Notes: a model not told the origin generated them from the sequence alone. A DNA stretch of 64,000 bases from Acidimicrobiales bacterium (GCA_038231795.1 JBBRKR010000013.1:20164-84163), one strand, 5' to 3'; counted from the first letter of the stretch, positions 1 to 10,563 are shown. Translations and numbers: made by a program.

Positions 1-840
1 ATGGCCCAAGCCGGCGCCGCCAACCTCGGCACCATGTCGGCGGTTCTTGGCATGGACGACGAACAGGTCGAAATTGCCTGCCGTTTAGCTGATGCCGATG
101 TGTGGGTGGCCAACTTCAACGCTCCCGGCCAAGTGGTCATTGCTGGATCCCCAGAAGGGGTAGCCGCTGCGACCGCCAAGGCCAAAGAAATGGGCAGCAA
201 GAAAGTGATGCCGTTACCGGTATCTGGCGCCTTCCACACGCCATTCATGCAACCCGCTCGTGAGCGCCTGCGAGTGGCGATTGCGGCCGCCAACCCCCGC
301 AATACCGAAGTTCCGATTGTGAGCAATGTCGACGCTCAAGCCCATCAAACTGGCGACGAGTGGTCTGCACTTCTCAGCGCACAACTGTGCAGCCCTGTGC
401 GCTGGCGTCACAGCCTAGAAGCGCTCTACGAGTATGGCGTACGCACGTTTATCGAACTGGGGCCAGGCGGTGTGCTCACTGGCATGGCGAAACGAACGTT
501 GGACGGTGTACGTACCATTGGGGTCTCCACGCCCAACGAGCTCGACAAATTGTTGTTGGCTTTGCTTGCTAGCCAAGAACCCGCCCCTGTTGCCCCTGCG
601 CCGATGGAGGGCGAACATCTCTTTGTGCGCGAACGCATGGTGGTTTCGCCGTCGGCAGGCTTGTTCACCCCACAATCCACCATCCATAAGGGTTCCGTGA
701 TCGACGTGGGAACAGTGCTGGGCATTGCGGGCACGGCGGAAGTGCGATCACCATTCAAAGGAATTGTGATGGGCATGTTGGCTCTCGATGGCGAACGCGT
801 TACTCAAAGCCAGCCAATAGCCTGGCTATTGACCGAATAG
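1..840 (+). CDS. fabD: Malonyl-CoA:ACP transacylase (5'-truncated by the window) with a C-terminal biotinyl/lipoyl-like domain
   Basis: Motifs ANFNAPGQVVIAG, LPVSGAFHT, QLCSPVRW and FIELGPG. The GHSxG nucleophile motif is absent, so the gene starts upstream of base 1. First gene of the fab operon. Confidence 0.93.
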   Translation: MAQAGAANLGTMSAVLGMDDEQVEIACRLADADVWVANFNAPGQVVIAGSPEGVAAATAKAKEMGSKKVMPLPVSGAFHTPFMQPARERLRVAIAAANPRNTEVPIVSNVDAQAHQTGDEWSALLSAQLCSPVRWRHSLEALYEYGVRTFIELGPGGVLTGMAKRTLDGVRTIGVSTPNELDKLLLALLASQEPAPVAPAPMEGEHLFVRERMVVSPSAGLFTPQSTIHKGSVIDVGTVLGIAGTAEVRSPFKGIVMGMLALDGERVTQSQPIAWLLTE

Positions 841-854
841 TTCTAGGGGGAATT

Positions 855-1784
855 ATGGGAGCACGATTTACGGGTTGGGGCACTGCGCTGCCCGATAGGG
901 TCGTTACCAACGACGATTTGGCAGCCCATATGGACACCAACGACGAATGGATCGTCGAACGTACAGGGATCAAAGAGCGTCGGTGGGGCGGCACCACGAT
1001 GGGCCTTTCCGTTGAAGCTGGGGCTAAAGCCATTGCTATGGCAGGAGTCGACCCGCTGGAAATTGATCTCGTAATCCTGGCTACCACCACGCCAGATCAG
1101 CAGGTCCCGGCCACATCAGCGTCGATACAAAATGCACTCGGGCTCACCAACGCCGGAGCAATGGATCTCAATGCGGCGTGTTCCGGTTTTGTGTATGGAC
1201 TCGTCGCCGCGCACGGCATGATTTCGATGGGCAGCAAGAAAATTCTGCTCATTGGAGCCGAGACGCTGTCCCGGATCACCGATCAAACCGATCGAAATAC
1301 GGCGATTTTGTTTGCCGATGGGGCCGGTGCTGTCGTGATCGAGGCCACGAGCGGCCCCGGCGAGTTGATCAGTTGGGACCTCAGTGCCGACGGATCGGCC
1401 GTCAATATTCTCAACGCCGATATCGGCGGATTCTTGGAGATGGACGGCCGAGAAGTGTTCCGTCGGGCAGTACGGGTGATGGTTGATTCCGGAAAGAAAT
1501 CAATGGCTGCCGCCGGAATTACAGCCGATGACCTCGCCCTGGTGGTGCCCCACCAGGCCAACATTCGCATCATTCAATCGGCATGCGACAAGTTGGGCAT
1601 CCCCATAGAAAAAGCATCAATCGTACTGCACCGCACCGGCAATACGTCAAGCGCGTCCATACCGCTGGCGTTGGTAGATGCCCTTGAAGCTGGCCGGGTG
1701 AGCGAAGGCGATTATGTATTGCTGGTGGGCTTCGGCGCCGGTATGACAGCCGCCAGCGCCGTCATTAAATGGGGTACCGTATGA
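855..1784 (+). CDS. fabH: Beta-ketoacyl-ACP synthase III
   Basis: WIVERTGI, AACSGF (catalytic Cys), PHQANIRI and GNTSSASIP. Confidence 0.97.
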   Translation: MGARFTGWGTALPDRVVTNDDLAAHMDTNDEWIVERTGIKERRWGGTTMGLSVEAGAKAIAMAGVDPLEIDLVILATTTPDQQVPATSASIQNALGLTNAGAMDLNAACSGFVYGLVAAHGMISMGSKKILLIGAETLSRITDQTDRNTAILFADGAGAVVIEATSGPGELISWDLSADGSAVNILNADIGGFLEMDGREVFRRAVRVMVDSGKKSMAAAGITADDLALVVPHQANIRIIQSACDKLGIPIEKASIVLHRTGNTSSASIPLALVDALEAGRVSEGDYVLLVGFGAGMTAASAVIKWGTV

Positions 1785-2509
1785 CTGATTCAGTCGAGCA
1801 GAGCGCAGGGCGTGTTGTGCTCGTCACCGGCGGCAGCCGTGGCATTGGTTTGGCGTGCGCTCAGGCGTTCGTTGCCAACGGCGATCGGGTGGCAGTTACG
1901 TACAACTCGTCTGCCGCTCCAGAAGGACTCTTTGGTGTGCAGTGCGATGTGAGCGATGGCGCGTCCGTGGATGCTGCCTTCCGCGCCGTGGAAGCCGAGT
2001 TCGGCCCGGTCACCGTGTTGGTGGCCAATGCTGGAATCACGGCCGACGGATTGCTGATGCGGATGAGCGACGAGCAATTCATGTCGGTCATAAATACCAA
2101 TTTGGCAGGTGCCTATCGGCTCGCCAAGCGAGCTACGCCAGGCATGATGAAAGCCCGCCACGGTCGAATGATTTTCTTGTCGTCAGTAGTGGGCCTTTCG
2201 GGCTCAGCAGGCCAAGTTAACTACGCAGCCTCCAAAGCCGGACTTGTTGGTTTGGCCAGGTCCATCGCACGCGAGTTGGCCAGCCGCAACATCACCGCCA
2301 ATGTGGTCGCCCCTGGCCCAGTCGTCACCGATATGACAGCGGCGCTTGGCGAAAAGCGGATCGCCGAACTCGCCAACCAGGTCCCACTCGGACGGTTCGC
2401 TTCACCACAGGAAATCGCGGCTACGGTTGCCTTCCTGGCATCCGATCTTGCCGGCTACATCACGGGCGCTGTTATCCCCGTCGATGGCGGCCTTGGCATG
2501 GGTCACTAA
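1781..2509 (+). CDS. fabG: 3-oxoacyl-ACP reductase
   Basis: TGGSRGIG, NAGITAD and YAASK. ATG at 1781 overlaps the fabH stop (ATGA). Confidence 0.95.
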   Translation: MTDSVEQSAGRVVLVTGGSRGIGLACAQAFVANGDRVAVTYNSSAAPEGLFGVQCDVSDGASVDAAFRAVEAEFGPVTVLVANAGITADGLLMRMSDEQFMSVINTNLAGAYRLAKRATPGMMKARHGRMIFLSSVVGLSGSAGQVNYAASKAGLVGLARSIARELASRNITANVVAPGPVVTDMTAALGEKRIAELANQVPLGRFASPQEIAATVAFLASDLAGYITGAVIPVDGGLGMGH

Positions 2510-2544
2510 CCACACCTATCAATAGCTACAAGGAGCACCCCACA

Positions 2545-2784
2545 ATGAGCGACGAAATCTTCGACCGTTTCCGCAAATGCTGCGTCGACGTCTTGTCCGT
2601 AGACGACGCCAAGGTCACACTCGAAGCCCGATTCGGCGACGATCTCGATGCCGACAGTCTCGATCTCGTCGAACTGGTGATGGCCCTTGAAGAAGAGTTC
2701 GGCGTGACCATTGGCGAAGAAGAACTCGACGGCATCGACACCGTTGCCCAGGCTTACAGCCTGGTAACCACCAAGCTGGGATAA
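2545..2784 (+). CDS. acpP: Acyl carrier protein
   Basis: DLDADSLDLVELVMALEEEF phosphopantetheine motif. AAGGAG Shine-Dalgarno upstream. Confidence 0.97.
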   Translation: MSDEIFDRFRKCCVDVLSVDDAKVTLEARFGDDLDADSLDLVELVMALEEEFGVTIGEEELDGIDTVAQAYSLVTTKLG

Positions 2785-2788
2785 CCAT

Positions 2789-3976
2789 ATGCAGGGACGT
2801 CGAGTAGCCGTCACCGGTTTGGGCATCGTTTCGAGCGCTGGCATCGGTAAAGAAGCATTTTGGGCAGGCCTGTGCGGCCCTCAAAGTGACGCCACCGAAC
2901 GCCGGGTTGATCCATTTGACCCTGAGGAGTGGTTCGACAACGGCAAAGACGCGCGCCGAACCGACCGCTTTGCCCAATTCGCCATGGCCGCGGCCACACT
3001 CGCACTTCGCGATGCCGGTGCGGTAGACGGCTTAGTGGGTGCTACGGCTGCTCGGTCGGGTGTCATGATCGCTACTGGCGTCGGCGGTTTGCTAACCATC
3101 GAAGATCAGTACGACATCTGGCGCGACAAAGGCCCTCGACGCGTATCACCATTTTTGGTGCCCATGATCATGGGCAACGCCGGTGCTGCTGGGGTGTCGA
3201 TGAAATTCGGCTGGCAAGGCCCGTGCGAAACAGTTGTCACCGCATGTGCGGCTGGCACCCACGCCATTGGCAACGCAGCCCGCACCATTGCGTGGGGTCG
3301 TTGTGACGCCATGTTGGCAGGCGGCTCTGAAGCAGCGATCGCCAAATTGGGTCTTTCCGGATTCGGCAACATGACAGCTCTTTCCAATAGCGGCGTGTCG
3401 CGTCCATTCGACGTGCGACGAGACGGTTTCGTGATCGGCGAAGGCGGCTCTGTTTTGGTGCTCGAAGAATGGGATATGGCGGTGGCCCGCGGTGCGCATA
3501 TCTACGGTGAAATTTTGGGAGCAGCTTCGAACGCTGACGCCTATCACATCACTGCTCCATCGCCCGGCGGCGTGGGCGCTCGCACTTGTATTCGCCTCGC
3601 CTTAGAAGACGCCGGTTTGGCACCAGCCGATATCACCCATATCAATGCCCATGGCACATCCACTCCGCTCAATGATGCTGCTGAGGCGGCCGCTATTGCC
3701 GAGATCTTTGGAAATCCAGGGCCACCGGTATCGTCCATTAAGGGCGTGTTGGGCCATGCCCTTGGCGCAGCCGGAGCGCTTGAAGCAGCAGCAATTCTGC
3801 TCAGCATGGAGCACGGCCAAATCCCACCCACGGCCGGATTTAGCGAACGCGACCCCGCGCTGGCCGAGATCGACATCGTGTTCGGCTCGCCTCGCCTATG
3901 GACGCCTGGTCCCACGTTGTCAAACTCATTTGGCTTCGGTGGGCATAACGGTTGCTTGGTAATAGGCCCGGCCTAA
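2789..3976 (+). CDS. fabF: Beta-ketoacyl-ACP synthase II
   Basis: TACAAG, NAHGTST, KGVLGH and SNSFGFGG. Confidence 0.94.
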   Translation: MQGRRVAVTGLGIVSSAGIGKEAFWAGLCGPQSDATERRVDPFDPEEWFDNGKDARRTDRFAQFAMAAATLALRDAGAVDGLVGATAARSGVMIATGVGGLLTIEDQYDIWRDKGPRRVSPFLVPMIMGNAGAAGVSMKFGWQGPCETVVTACAAGTHAIGNAARTIAWGRCDAMLAGGSEAAIAKLGLSGFGNMTALSNSGVSRPFDVRRDGFVIGEGGSVLVLEEWDMAVARGAHIYGEILGAASNADAYHITAPSPGGVGARTCIRLALEDAGLAPADITHINAHGTSTPLNDAAEAAAIAEIFGNPGPPVSSIKGVLGHALGAAGALEAAAILLSMEHGQIPPTAGFSERDPALAEIDIVFGSPRLWTPGPTLSNSFGFGGHNGCLVIGPA

Positions 3977-4021
3977 ATCCTGCGCGTTGCGCATATTGCC
4001 GGTGGGCTGGGTACCTAGTTT

Positions 4022-4447
4022 CTAGGCGTCGACCAACACAAACATCACTTCGGCTGTGCACGCCACTTGGCCGTTGAGAATGGCCCGTCCGACGCCCTTG
4101 CCCGCCCTGGCCGACATGCGCCCCAGTTCAGCCTCGATCGTCAACGTATCGCCAGGGTTGACCTGACGCCGGAACCGGGCGCCATCGAGACCTCCGAACA
4201 ACGGAAGTTTGCCGGTATATCGCTCATCGGTGAGAACTGCCACCGCGCCCATTTGGGCTATCGATTCCACCATCAAAACTCCCGGCAACGTTGGACGGCC
4301 AGGGAAATGACCCGGAAAGAACCAGGCATCTGGGTCGAGCGTCCATAGGCCACTTGCTGATACGCCTGGCACCAAGGTGATGAGTGAGTCAATGAACAAA
4401 AACGGGTACCGATGCGGCAATATTTCTGAGGGTGCTGGCAGCGTCAT
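4022..4447 (-). CDS. fabZ: 3-hydroxyacyl-ACP dehydratase
   Basis: LPHRYPFLFID and FPGHFPGRPTLPGVLMVE. Start overlaps the bcp stop. Confidence 0.95.
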   Translation of the reverse strand: MTLPAPSEILPHRYPFLFIDSLITLVPGVSASGLWTLDPDAWFFPGHFPGRPTLPGVLMVESIAQMGAVAVLTDERYTGKLPLFGGLDGARFRRQVNPGDTLTIEAELGRMSARAGKGVGRAILNGQVACTAEVMFVLVDA

Positions 4448-4767
4448 GCGTTACCCGCCAACGCGCTGATGAGTTCGGGCACAGTCGCTTTTGGCGATAC
4501 TGCTGGCCATACCTTGACCACCTTTCCCGCCTCATCGATGAGCACGGCTGGCTTGTCGGGGCTGATACCGAGCACCACGACATCGGAAATTTCGCCGGCG
4601 CTGAGTGCCGTTTGAATAGCGCATCCTTGTTGCGTGCACCCTGGCGTGTTGGCCCGAGGATAGAAGTACACAAACACTCGTTGGCCCGCGAACGAAGCCA
4701 AAGTCTGCGTACTATCGTGGGAGTCGGGCAAACTAATTGCGGGGGCCAGTGAACCAATGCTCAACAT
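4444..4767 (-). CDS. bcp: BCP/PrxQ peroxiredoxin with an apparent internal in-frame deletion (possibly non-functional)
   Basis: YFYPRANTPGCTQQGC active-site motif, only 107 aa. GISPDKP is joined directly to AVLIDEAG. ATG 4767 has TAGCGT 7 nt upstream. Confidence 0.85.
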   Translation of the reverse strand: MLSIGSLAPAISLPDSHDSTQTLASFAGQRVFVYFYPRANTPGCTQQGCAIQTALSAGEISDVVVLGISPDKPAVLIDEAGKVVKVWPAVSPKATVPELISALAGNA

Positions 4768-4803
4768 AAACGTCACGCTAGCAGTGCCCTGCTGGGGTAA
4801 CCC

Positions 4804-6192
4804 ATGACCAAAACCGTTCCGACTGACATGCATAGCTGGACCTCGGAAACAGATCTCTATGCCCATTCGGTCATTGGTTATGCGATCGAACGGCTACGCC
4901 TTCCGAAAGACCCAAAGTGGGGTGCCCATCCCCAAGCCGAGCTGGCCGCTGCGCTCGATAGTTCACTCACAGAACTTGGCGTTGGTGGTCTCGAGGCGCT
5001 GCGTCTGATGCGCGATGTGATTGTGCCCGCTTGCCGCCCGCAGGACGACCCTCGCAACTTGGCGTACGTGCCAGGCGCCGCGACTGTTGCGGCCACCATG
5101 TTTGATTTGGTCGTCAGCGCTAGTTCGATTTTTGCCGGACTATGGGAAGCCGGGGCCGGAGCTATTGAGGCAGAAAATCAGGTCTTGAGATGGCTCGCCG
5201 ATTTGGCCGGATTCGGCAAATTGGCTGGAGGAGTTTTTGTGTCAGGCGGATCATCCGCCAACCTCAGTGCATTAGTGGCAGCGCGCCACGCATTTCGGGA
5301 ACGCACTGGCACCGTTCACCGCGTGGCATTCGCAGCCACTACCGAAGTGCACGCCAGTGTGCGCGCTACGGCCTTGGTGATGGATTGTGACGTTGTGACA
5401 GTTGCGGTAGATGAACGGGGCTGCATGACGGCCATCGCACTGCGATCGTCGATCGAATCGGCAGATGCCAATAGCCTATTTGCGGTGGTGGCCACTGCAG
5501 GCACCACGAACACCGGCGCAATTGACGAACTGGCCGAGATAGCCGCCGTGTGCCAAGAATTCGGCCTGTGGCTTCATGTTGATGGCGCGTATGGCCTAGC
5601 TGCCTTAGCGTCGAGGCGAGGGCGAGCGCTACTACATGGGCTCGAGTTGGCCGACAGCTTTTCCCTTGATCCACACAAGTGGCTCTTTGCGCCGTATGAC
5701 TGCGGGGCGTTGATCTACAAAGATCTGAGCCTGGCGTCACGAGCACATGCTCAGCATGGTTCGTACCTGGATGCTGTAGATCGGTCGCAGCCAAACCCAT
5801 CCGATTACGCGTACCACTTGAGCCGTCGGGCAAGAGGTCTGCCATTGTGGTTTTCGATTGCCACTCACGGCACTGCAGCATATGAGTCCGCCATCGATTG
5901 CACGTTGCAGACCGCAAGTGATTTCGCCGACGCAGTGGATCAACACGAACAGTTTGAGTTACTGCTCCGACCACAGCTGTCGATCGTATTGTTCTCGCGA
6001 ATCGGATGGACGACAGACGATTACCACCTCTGGAGTACAACACGAGCGCACGAAGGCGTCGCTCTCATCGTGCCCACGACGTGGAGAAGCGATATATGCA
6101 TGCGCGTGTGCATCGTGCATCCACACACAACATTGAAGATGCTCACCGATTTGCTCGCTGACATGGCCCATTTCGTAGCAGCCCGGGCCTGA
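4804..6192 (+). CDS. Group II PLP-dependent amino-acid decarboxylase, substrate unknown
   Basis: FVSGGSSAN, TAGTTNTG, LHVDGAYG and DPHKWLF (PLP Lys). Alternative start at 4828. Confidence 0.92.
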   Translation: MTKTVPTDMHSWTSETDLYAHSVIGYAIERLRLPKDPKWGAHPQAELAAALDSSLTELGVGGLEALRLMRDVIVPACRPQDDPRNLAYVPGAATVAATMFDLVVSASSIFAGLWEAGAGAIEAENQVLRWLADLAGFGKLAGGVFVSGGSSANLSALVAARHAFRERTGTVHRVAFAATTEVHASVRATALVMDCDVVTVAVDERGCMTAIALRSSIESADANSLFAVVATAGTTNTGAIDELAEIAAVCQEFGLWLHVDGAYGLAALASRRGRALLHGLELADSFSLDPHKWLFAPYDCGALIYKDLSLASRAHAQHGSYLDAVDRSQPNPSDYAYHLSRRARGLPLWFSIATHGTAAYESAIDCTLQTASDFADAVDQHEQFELLLRPQLSIVLFSRIGWTTDDYHLWSTTRAHEGVALIVPTTWRSDICMRVCIVHPHTTLKMLTDLLADMAHFVAARA

Positions 6193-6202
6193 TCGCCCAA
6201 TC

Positions 6203-7900
6203 ATGACGAATCATCAAAAGTCGTATCGTCAGGCACTTTCGTATCCCATCGCTCGGCAACTGCTCACCGCTCATGGTGCGAGTTCATTCGCCCAACAAGT
6301 TGTGTCGGTAGTCCTGTACGCGCAAGTTCTCAAGCGACACCTAGGCCCTGGTTGGGTCCCGCTAATTGCTAGCGCGGGAACGGTGCCGTACGTGTTGTTC
6401 TCCAGCTTTGGTGGTGCACTGAGCGATCGATTCCGTAAACGGGAACTTCTGCGTGCTGTCTACCTTGTACGAGCTGCCCTGTTTTTTGGCCTCGCCGTCA
6501 TGTTGGCGTCCGATTTGCAAATGGGTTGGTTGATTGGCGCTCTTGCCCTCACCCATTTGTTGGCCACGCCGTGCTACCCGGCGATCGCTACGTGGACCGT
6601 CGAAGCAACGCCAATCTCCTATCTCGCCATTACGACCTCGATGTTGGGCTTGGCTGGTTCAGGGGCATTCTTTATCGGCCCAGCGATTGGCGGCGCACTA
6701 GCCATTGCCAACCTTGGACCGGTAGCTCCAAGTTTGAGCGTCGTGCTCCTCATTGTTGCGTTTGTCTCCCTCGGCGACGCCAAAGATCACGCTGCAGCCG
6801 AGCTTTCGATCCCAGGGAATCCACCAGTAGTCGTGGCAGCAGAGTCATCGACCCAGTCACTTTTCGCCGGGTTGCGTCATATCGGTTCGTCGATTGGCCT
6901 CATTTCTGTGATCGTGTTCATGCTGCTCATCGAGGTCGTATTCGGCTCGTTGGAAGTACTTTCGACTGTCATCGCCCGAGATGCGCTCCGTCGACCGAGC
7001 GCGCTGGGAACGTTGACCATTGCCATAGGCCTCGGAGCATTTGCGTCAATTTTGGTGGTCAGGCGTTTGATCTCATCGCCTCATGGAGGCCTGGTGCTTA
7101 TGGCTTTAGCTATTGCATGCGGGACGCCGCTCGTGTTGGTGGGGCATTCAACAACATTGACCGTGCTCGCTATCGGGCTGGCGCTTTCATCGGCAGCGAA
7201 TTTGGCGTCTGAGATCACAGTCACAAATTTGATTCAGCACACGGTTCCCGATTCGGTGATGGGTTCCGTGTTTGGCACGATGGATTCCATGATGCTGTTC
7301 GGCGTGCTTGCCGGTGGACTGTTGGCACCGTTCTTAGCGAACAGGTGGGCAATTGGAACTGTGATTACCCTGCTCGGTTGGGTCACCATCGTGAGCGGCG
7401 TACTGCTGGCGCCACTTTTCAACAGATTGAGTCGGCGTTCGCTCAACCAACAAGCCGAAATTTCCGATGCCGTACAGACGCTTCGGAAGCTCGAGATTTT
7501 GTCTGGCGTTAACCGGTTCGGCGTCGAACTTTTGGCACGCCATTTCGAGGTTGAGTTTCCTGGCCCCGGTCAAGAGATTGTCCGCCAAGGTGATTCGCCC
7601 GACGACCTCTATATCTTGATTGAAGGCACATGTTCCGTCGATCTCGTTGACGCCGACGGCAAACTCGTTGAAGTCAATCGAATTACGGGATTGGATTCTT
7701 TTGGCGAAATCGGACTTTTGAAACGGATTCCGCGAACGGCTTCAGTAATTGCAATGGATCAGTGCACCGTTTGGCGCATCCCTGGTTCGCGTTTTCTAGA
7801 AGCCGTTTCAAATGGCCAGGTGATGACGGCAAGTTCGCTTCAGCGAATCGAAATTCATCTTTCAGACCACGACCGGATCCGCAAATTCACTAAAAAATAG
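6203..7900 (+). CDS. MFS transporter with a C-terminal cyclic-nucleotide-binding domain
   Basis: About 12 hydrophobic segments and GALSDRFRKR motif A. C-terminus has IVRQGD...LYILIEG...FGEIGLL...PRTASV. Confidence 0.9.
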   Translation: MTNHQKSYRQALSYPIARQLLTAHGASSFAQQVVSVVLYAQVLKRHLGPGWVPLIASAGTVPYVLFSSFGGALSDRFRKRELLRAVYLVRAALFFGLAVMLASDLQMGWLIGALALTHLLATPCYPAIATWTVEATPISYLAITTSMLGLAGSGAFFIGPAIGGALAIANLGPVAPSLSVVLLIVAFVSLGDAKDHAAAELSIPGNPPVVVAAESSTQSLFAGLRHIGSSIGLISVIVFMLLIEVVFGSLEVLSTVIARDALRRPSALGTLTIAIGLGAFASILVVRRLISSPHGGLVLMALAIACGTPLVLVGHSTTLTVLAIGLALSSAANLASEITVTNLIQHTVPDSVMGSVFGTMDSMMLFGVLAGGLLAPFLANRWAIGTVITLLGWVTIVSGVLLAPLFNRLSRRSLNQQAEISDAVQTLRKLEILSGVNRFGVELLARHFEVEFPGPGQEIVRQGDSPDDLYILIEGTCSVDLVDADGKLVEVNRITGLDSFGEIGLLKRIPRTASVIAMDQCTVWRIPGSRFLEAVSNGQVMTASSLQRIEIHLSDHDRIRKFTKK

Positions 7901-7922
7901 GCGCATCATCGGTTTGTGACGG

Positions 7923-8699
7923 CTACGAGACGTCGATGTGTGAGCGGATGTCGCGCACAAATTCCTCTGTGTCCTGAGGCGAAGCACCATCCAGCACTCT
8001 TCGCATTAGCGCCGAAGCGATCACCGCACCATCGGCTTCCTGGCACACCTGCGCGGCCTGGGCGCCATTAGATACGCCAACGCCCACGATCACGGGTACG
8101 TCAGTGATTGCTTTGAGACGTCGTGCCATAGGAACTGCGGTGGCGGCCAGCGCCGATCGCTCACCGGTGGTTCCCACCAGCCCGACGGAGTACACAAACC
8201 CCCGTGTTGCTTGGCAAATCAATGGCAACCGACTGTCGGGAGCGGTGGGAGCGGCGAGTAACACGTGTTGAACGCCGGCTCGTTCGGCCGCGGCTCGCCA
8301 ATCGCCGGACTCTTCGAGCGGCAGGTCAGGCAAAATCGTGCCCGACACGCCGGCGGCCGCTAGTGACTCTGCGAACCGTTGGTGGCCAATTCGATAGGCA
8401 ATGTTGTAGTACGTCATGACGACCAATGGCACATCAATATCGATGCCATTTAGCTCAGCCAGGATCGAGTCTGGGGTGGCGCCTGCTAGCAGCGCCATTT
8501 CGCTGGCTTGCTGAATAGTTGGACCATCCATCACCGGATCGGAGAATGGGATGCCGATTTCAATGGCATCGGCACCGCCCGCCGCCATGGCCTGCACATG
8601 AGCTGTCCAGTCGTCGTTCAACCCGCCGGTCATGTACGGCACGAACAATTTGCGGCCGGCATCGCGACGGGCGCGGAGATGCTGCTCCAGAGCGATCAT
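7923..8699 (-). CDS. trpA: Tryptophan synthase alpha subunit
   Basis: [22 protein letters not shown] and PDLPLEE. Confidence 0.97.
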   Translation of the reverse strand: MIALEQHLRARRDAGRKLFVPYMTGGLNDDWTAHVQAMAAGGADAIEIGIPFSDPVMDGPTIQQASEMALLAGATPDSILAELNGIDIDVPLVVMTYYNIAYRIGHQRFAESLAAAGVSGTILPDLPLEESGDWRAAAERAGVQHVLLAAPTAPDSRLPLICQATRGFVYSVGLVGTTGERSALAATAVPMARRLKAITDVPVIVGVGVSNGAQAAQVCQEADGAVIASALMRRVLDGASPQDTEEFVRDIRSHIDVS

Positions 8700-9898
8700 C
8701 CGTGTGATCCTTTGTAACCATCGCGCATGACGGTCATCATCTGGCCAACGTCTTTGTCGCCCCGGCCGGACAGGTTGAGCAAGACTGTTTGGCCCTGCAA
8801 TTTAGGAGCCGATCGGATCACCCACGCCAGCGCGTGAGCGCATTCCAACGCCGGAATGATGCCCTCCGTTTTGCTCAACGTTTCGAAGGCAGCAATGACC
8901 TCCTGATCGGTCACGCACGGGTACTCGGCCCGGCCGGTGGAGGCGAGAAAAGAATGCTCAGGCCCGACGCCTGGGTAGTCGAGCCCTGCAGAAATTGAGG
9001 CTGCCTCGAGGACCTGTCCAAACTCGTCTTGCATCAGAAAACTTTTCATACCATGAACCACTCCGGGTACGCCACGCCCCACAGCTGCCCCACCTGCGGG
9101 TTCAACGCCAACCAAGCGAGTTCGGGCGTCTACGAAGCCGGAGAAGATACCCATAGCATTCGATCCGCCGCCCACCGCAGCACACACCACGTCGGGCACA
9201 TCACCCAATAATGCTTGGGTTTGTTCACGAGCTTCATCGCCGATTACTCGGTGAAATTCACGCACCATCCACGGATATGGATGGGGGCCCATCACCGATC
9301 CCAAGCAGTAATGCGTGTCGCCTACCGTGGCTACCCAGTCGCGCATGGCTTCGTTAACGGCATCTTTCAAGGTCCGAGAACCCGACATGGCAGGGCGCAC
9401 CTCTGCGCCCAAAAGTTGCATGCGGAAAACGTTGAGTTCCTGACGGGCCATATCTATTTCACCCATATACACCATGCATTCCATGCCCATCAACGCCGCT
9501 GCGGTGGCCGACGCGACACCGTGTTGCCCGGCGCCAGTTTCGGCGACGAGCCTGGTCTTGCCCATGCGCTTAGCCAACAATGCTTGGCCCAACACGTTGT
9601 TGATTTTGTGACTGCCAGTGTGGTTGAGATCTTCACGCTTGAGCAGCAGTCGCAAGCCCAACTGCGCGCCCAGATTGTGGCATTCCGTGATCATCGACGG
9701 ACGCCCGGCGTAGCTTCGATTGAGCTCGGCCAGTTCGGCTCGAAACGACGGATCGACCCACGCTTCTCGGAATGCAGCCTCAAGTTCCTGGCACGCAGGA
9801 ACGAGTGTTTCGGGTACGTACCGTCCTCCGAATTCGCCGAATCGTCCATCGGCCGATGGGTCGGCCAAACCGTGTTTATTATTCAGTTCGGGAGGCAC
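8696..9898 (-). CDS. trpB: Tryptophan synthase beta subunit
   Basis: [36 protein letters not shown] and LSGRGDKD. Confidence 0.98.
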   Translation of the reverse strand: MPPELNNKHGLADPSADGRFGEFGGRYVPETLVPACQELEAAFREAWVDPSFRAELAELNRSYAGRPSMITECHNLGAQLGLRLLLKREDLNHTGSHKINNVLGQALLAKRMGKTRLVAETGAGQHGVASATAAALMGMECMVYMGEIDMARQELNVFRMQLLGAEVRPAMSGSRTLKDAVNEAMRDWVATVGDTHYCLGSVMGPHPYPWMVREFHRVIGDEAREQTQALLGDVPDVVCAAVGGGSNAMGIFSGFVDARTRLVGVEPAGGAAVGRGVPGVVHGMKSFLMQDEFGQVLEAASISAGLDYPGVGPEHSFLASTGRAEYPCVTDQEVIAAFETLSKTEGIIPALECAHALAWVIRSAPKLQGQTVLLNLSGRGDKDVGQMMTVMRDGYKGSHG

Positions 9899-9900
9899 TG

Positions 9901-10563
9901 CTACTCCTGCATCCAGTCATACGGCGCGTCGGAAACCGAGCCCGGATATGTGACTCTGAGGTTTTCGAAGGCCGCTTTGGCGGTCTTAATAAATTCGCGT
10001 ACTTTGCGAGGGTCTTTACGGCCTGGATCGGATTCGACACCAGTCGACACATCGACACCCCACGGATGAAAATGGTTAATTCCTTCTGCCACATTTGCCG
10101 CCGTCAACCCGCCGGCTAAAATGAGCCGATTGGTCTCCGGTCGTGTGGTCGTGCGCCAGTTGAACGTCTCTCCCCCACCGGGTTGGCTAGCGTCCAGCAT
10201 CACAGCCCATGGCGCATATTTCTCGATGTGATCGATAGCAGGATCGTCGGGGCTAAAAGCCTTGATTACTCGTGGCAACCTACGCCGCACTTCTGCCACT
10301 TGGTCGACGGTTTCGCGGCCATGCAGCTGTGCAGCCATGAGGCCTGCTTCGTGCATGACCGACACCACGCGTTCAGGGAGATCATTGCGAAACACCCCGA
10401 CTGTGAGTACTTCGGGAGGCAATCGGCGAGCAATGTCGCGAGCCTGGCCGGCAGCGATTTGACGGGTCGAAGGAGCGAACACAAACCCGACGGCGTCGGC
10501 GCCCATGGCCACGGCTAAGAGACCGTCTTCTTCGTTGGTAATGCCGCAGATTTTGACGAACAC
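9901..10563 (-). CDS. trpF: Phosphoribosylanthranilate isomerase
   Basis: VKICGIT, QLHG, LAGGL and DVSTGVE. Confidence 0.96.
   Translation of the reverse strand: MFVKICGITNEEDGLLAVAMGADAVGFVFAPSTRQIAAGQARDIARRLPPEVLTVGVFRNDLPERVVSVMHEAGLMAAQLHGRETVDQVAEVRRRLPRVIKAFSPDDPAIDHIEKYAPWAVMLDASQPGGGETFNWRTTTRPETNRLILAGGLTAANVAEGINHFHPWGVDVSTGVESDPGRKDPRKVREFIKTAKAAFENLRVTYPGSVSDAPYDWMQE

Noticed and set aside
9215..10069. 284-aa plus-strand ORF, and similar long ORFs at 15003-15938, 49247-50026 and 61403-62167
   Set aside because: Antisense shadows of trpB, trpE, glyA and other genes, expected in GC-rich DNA, with no protein motifs.
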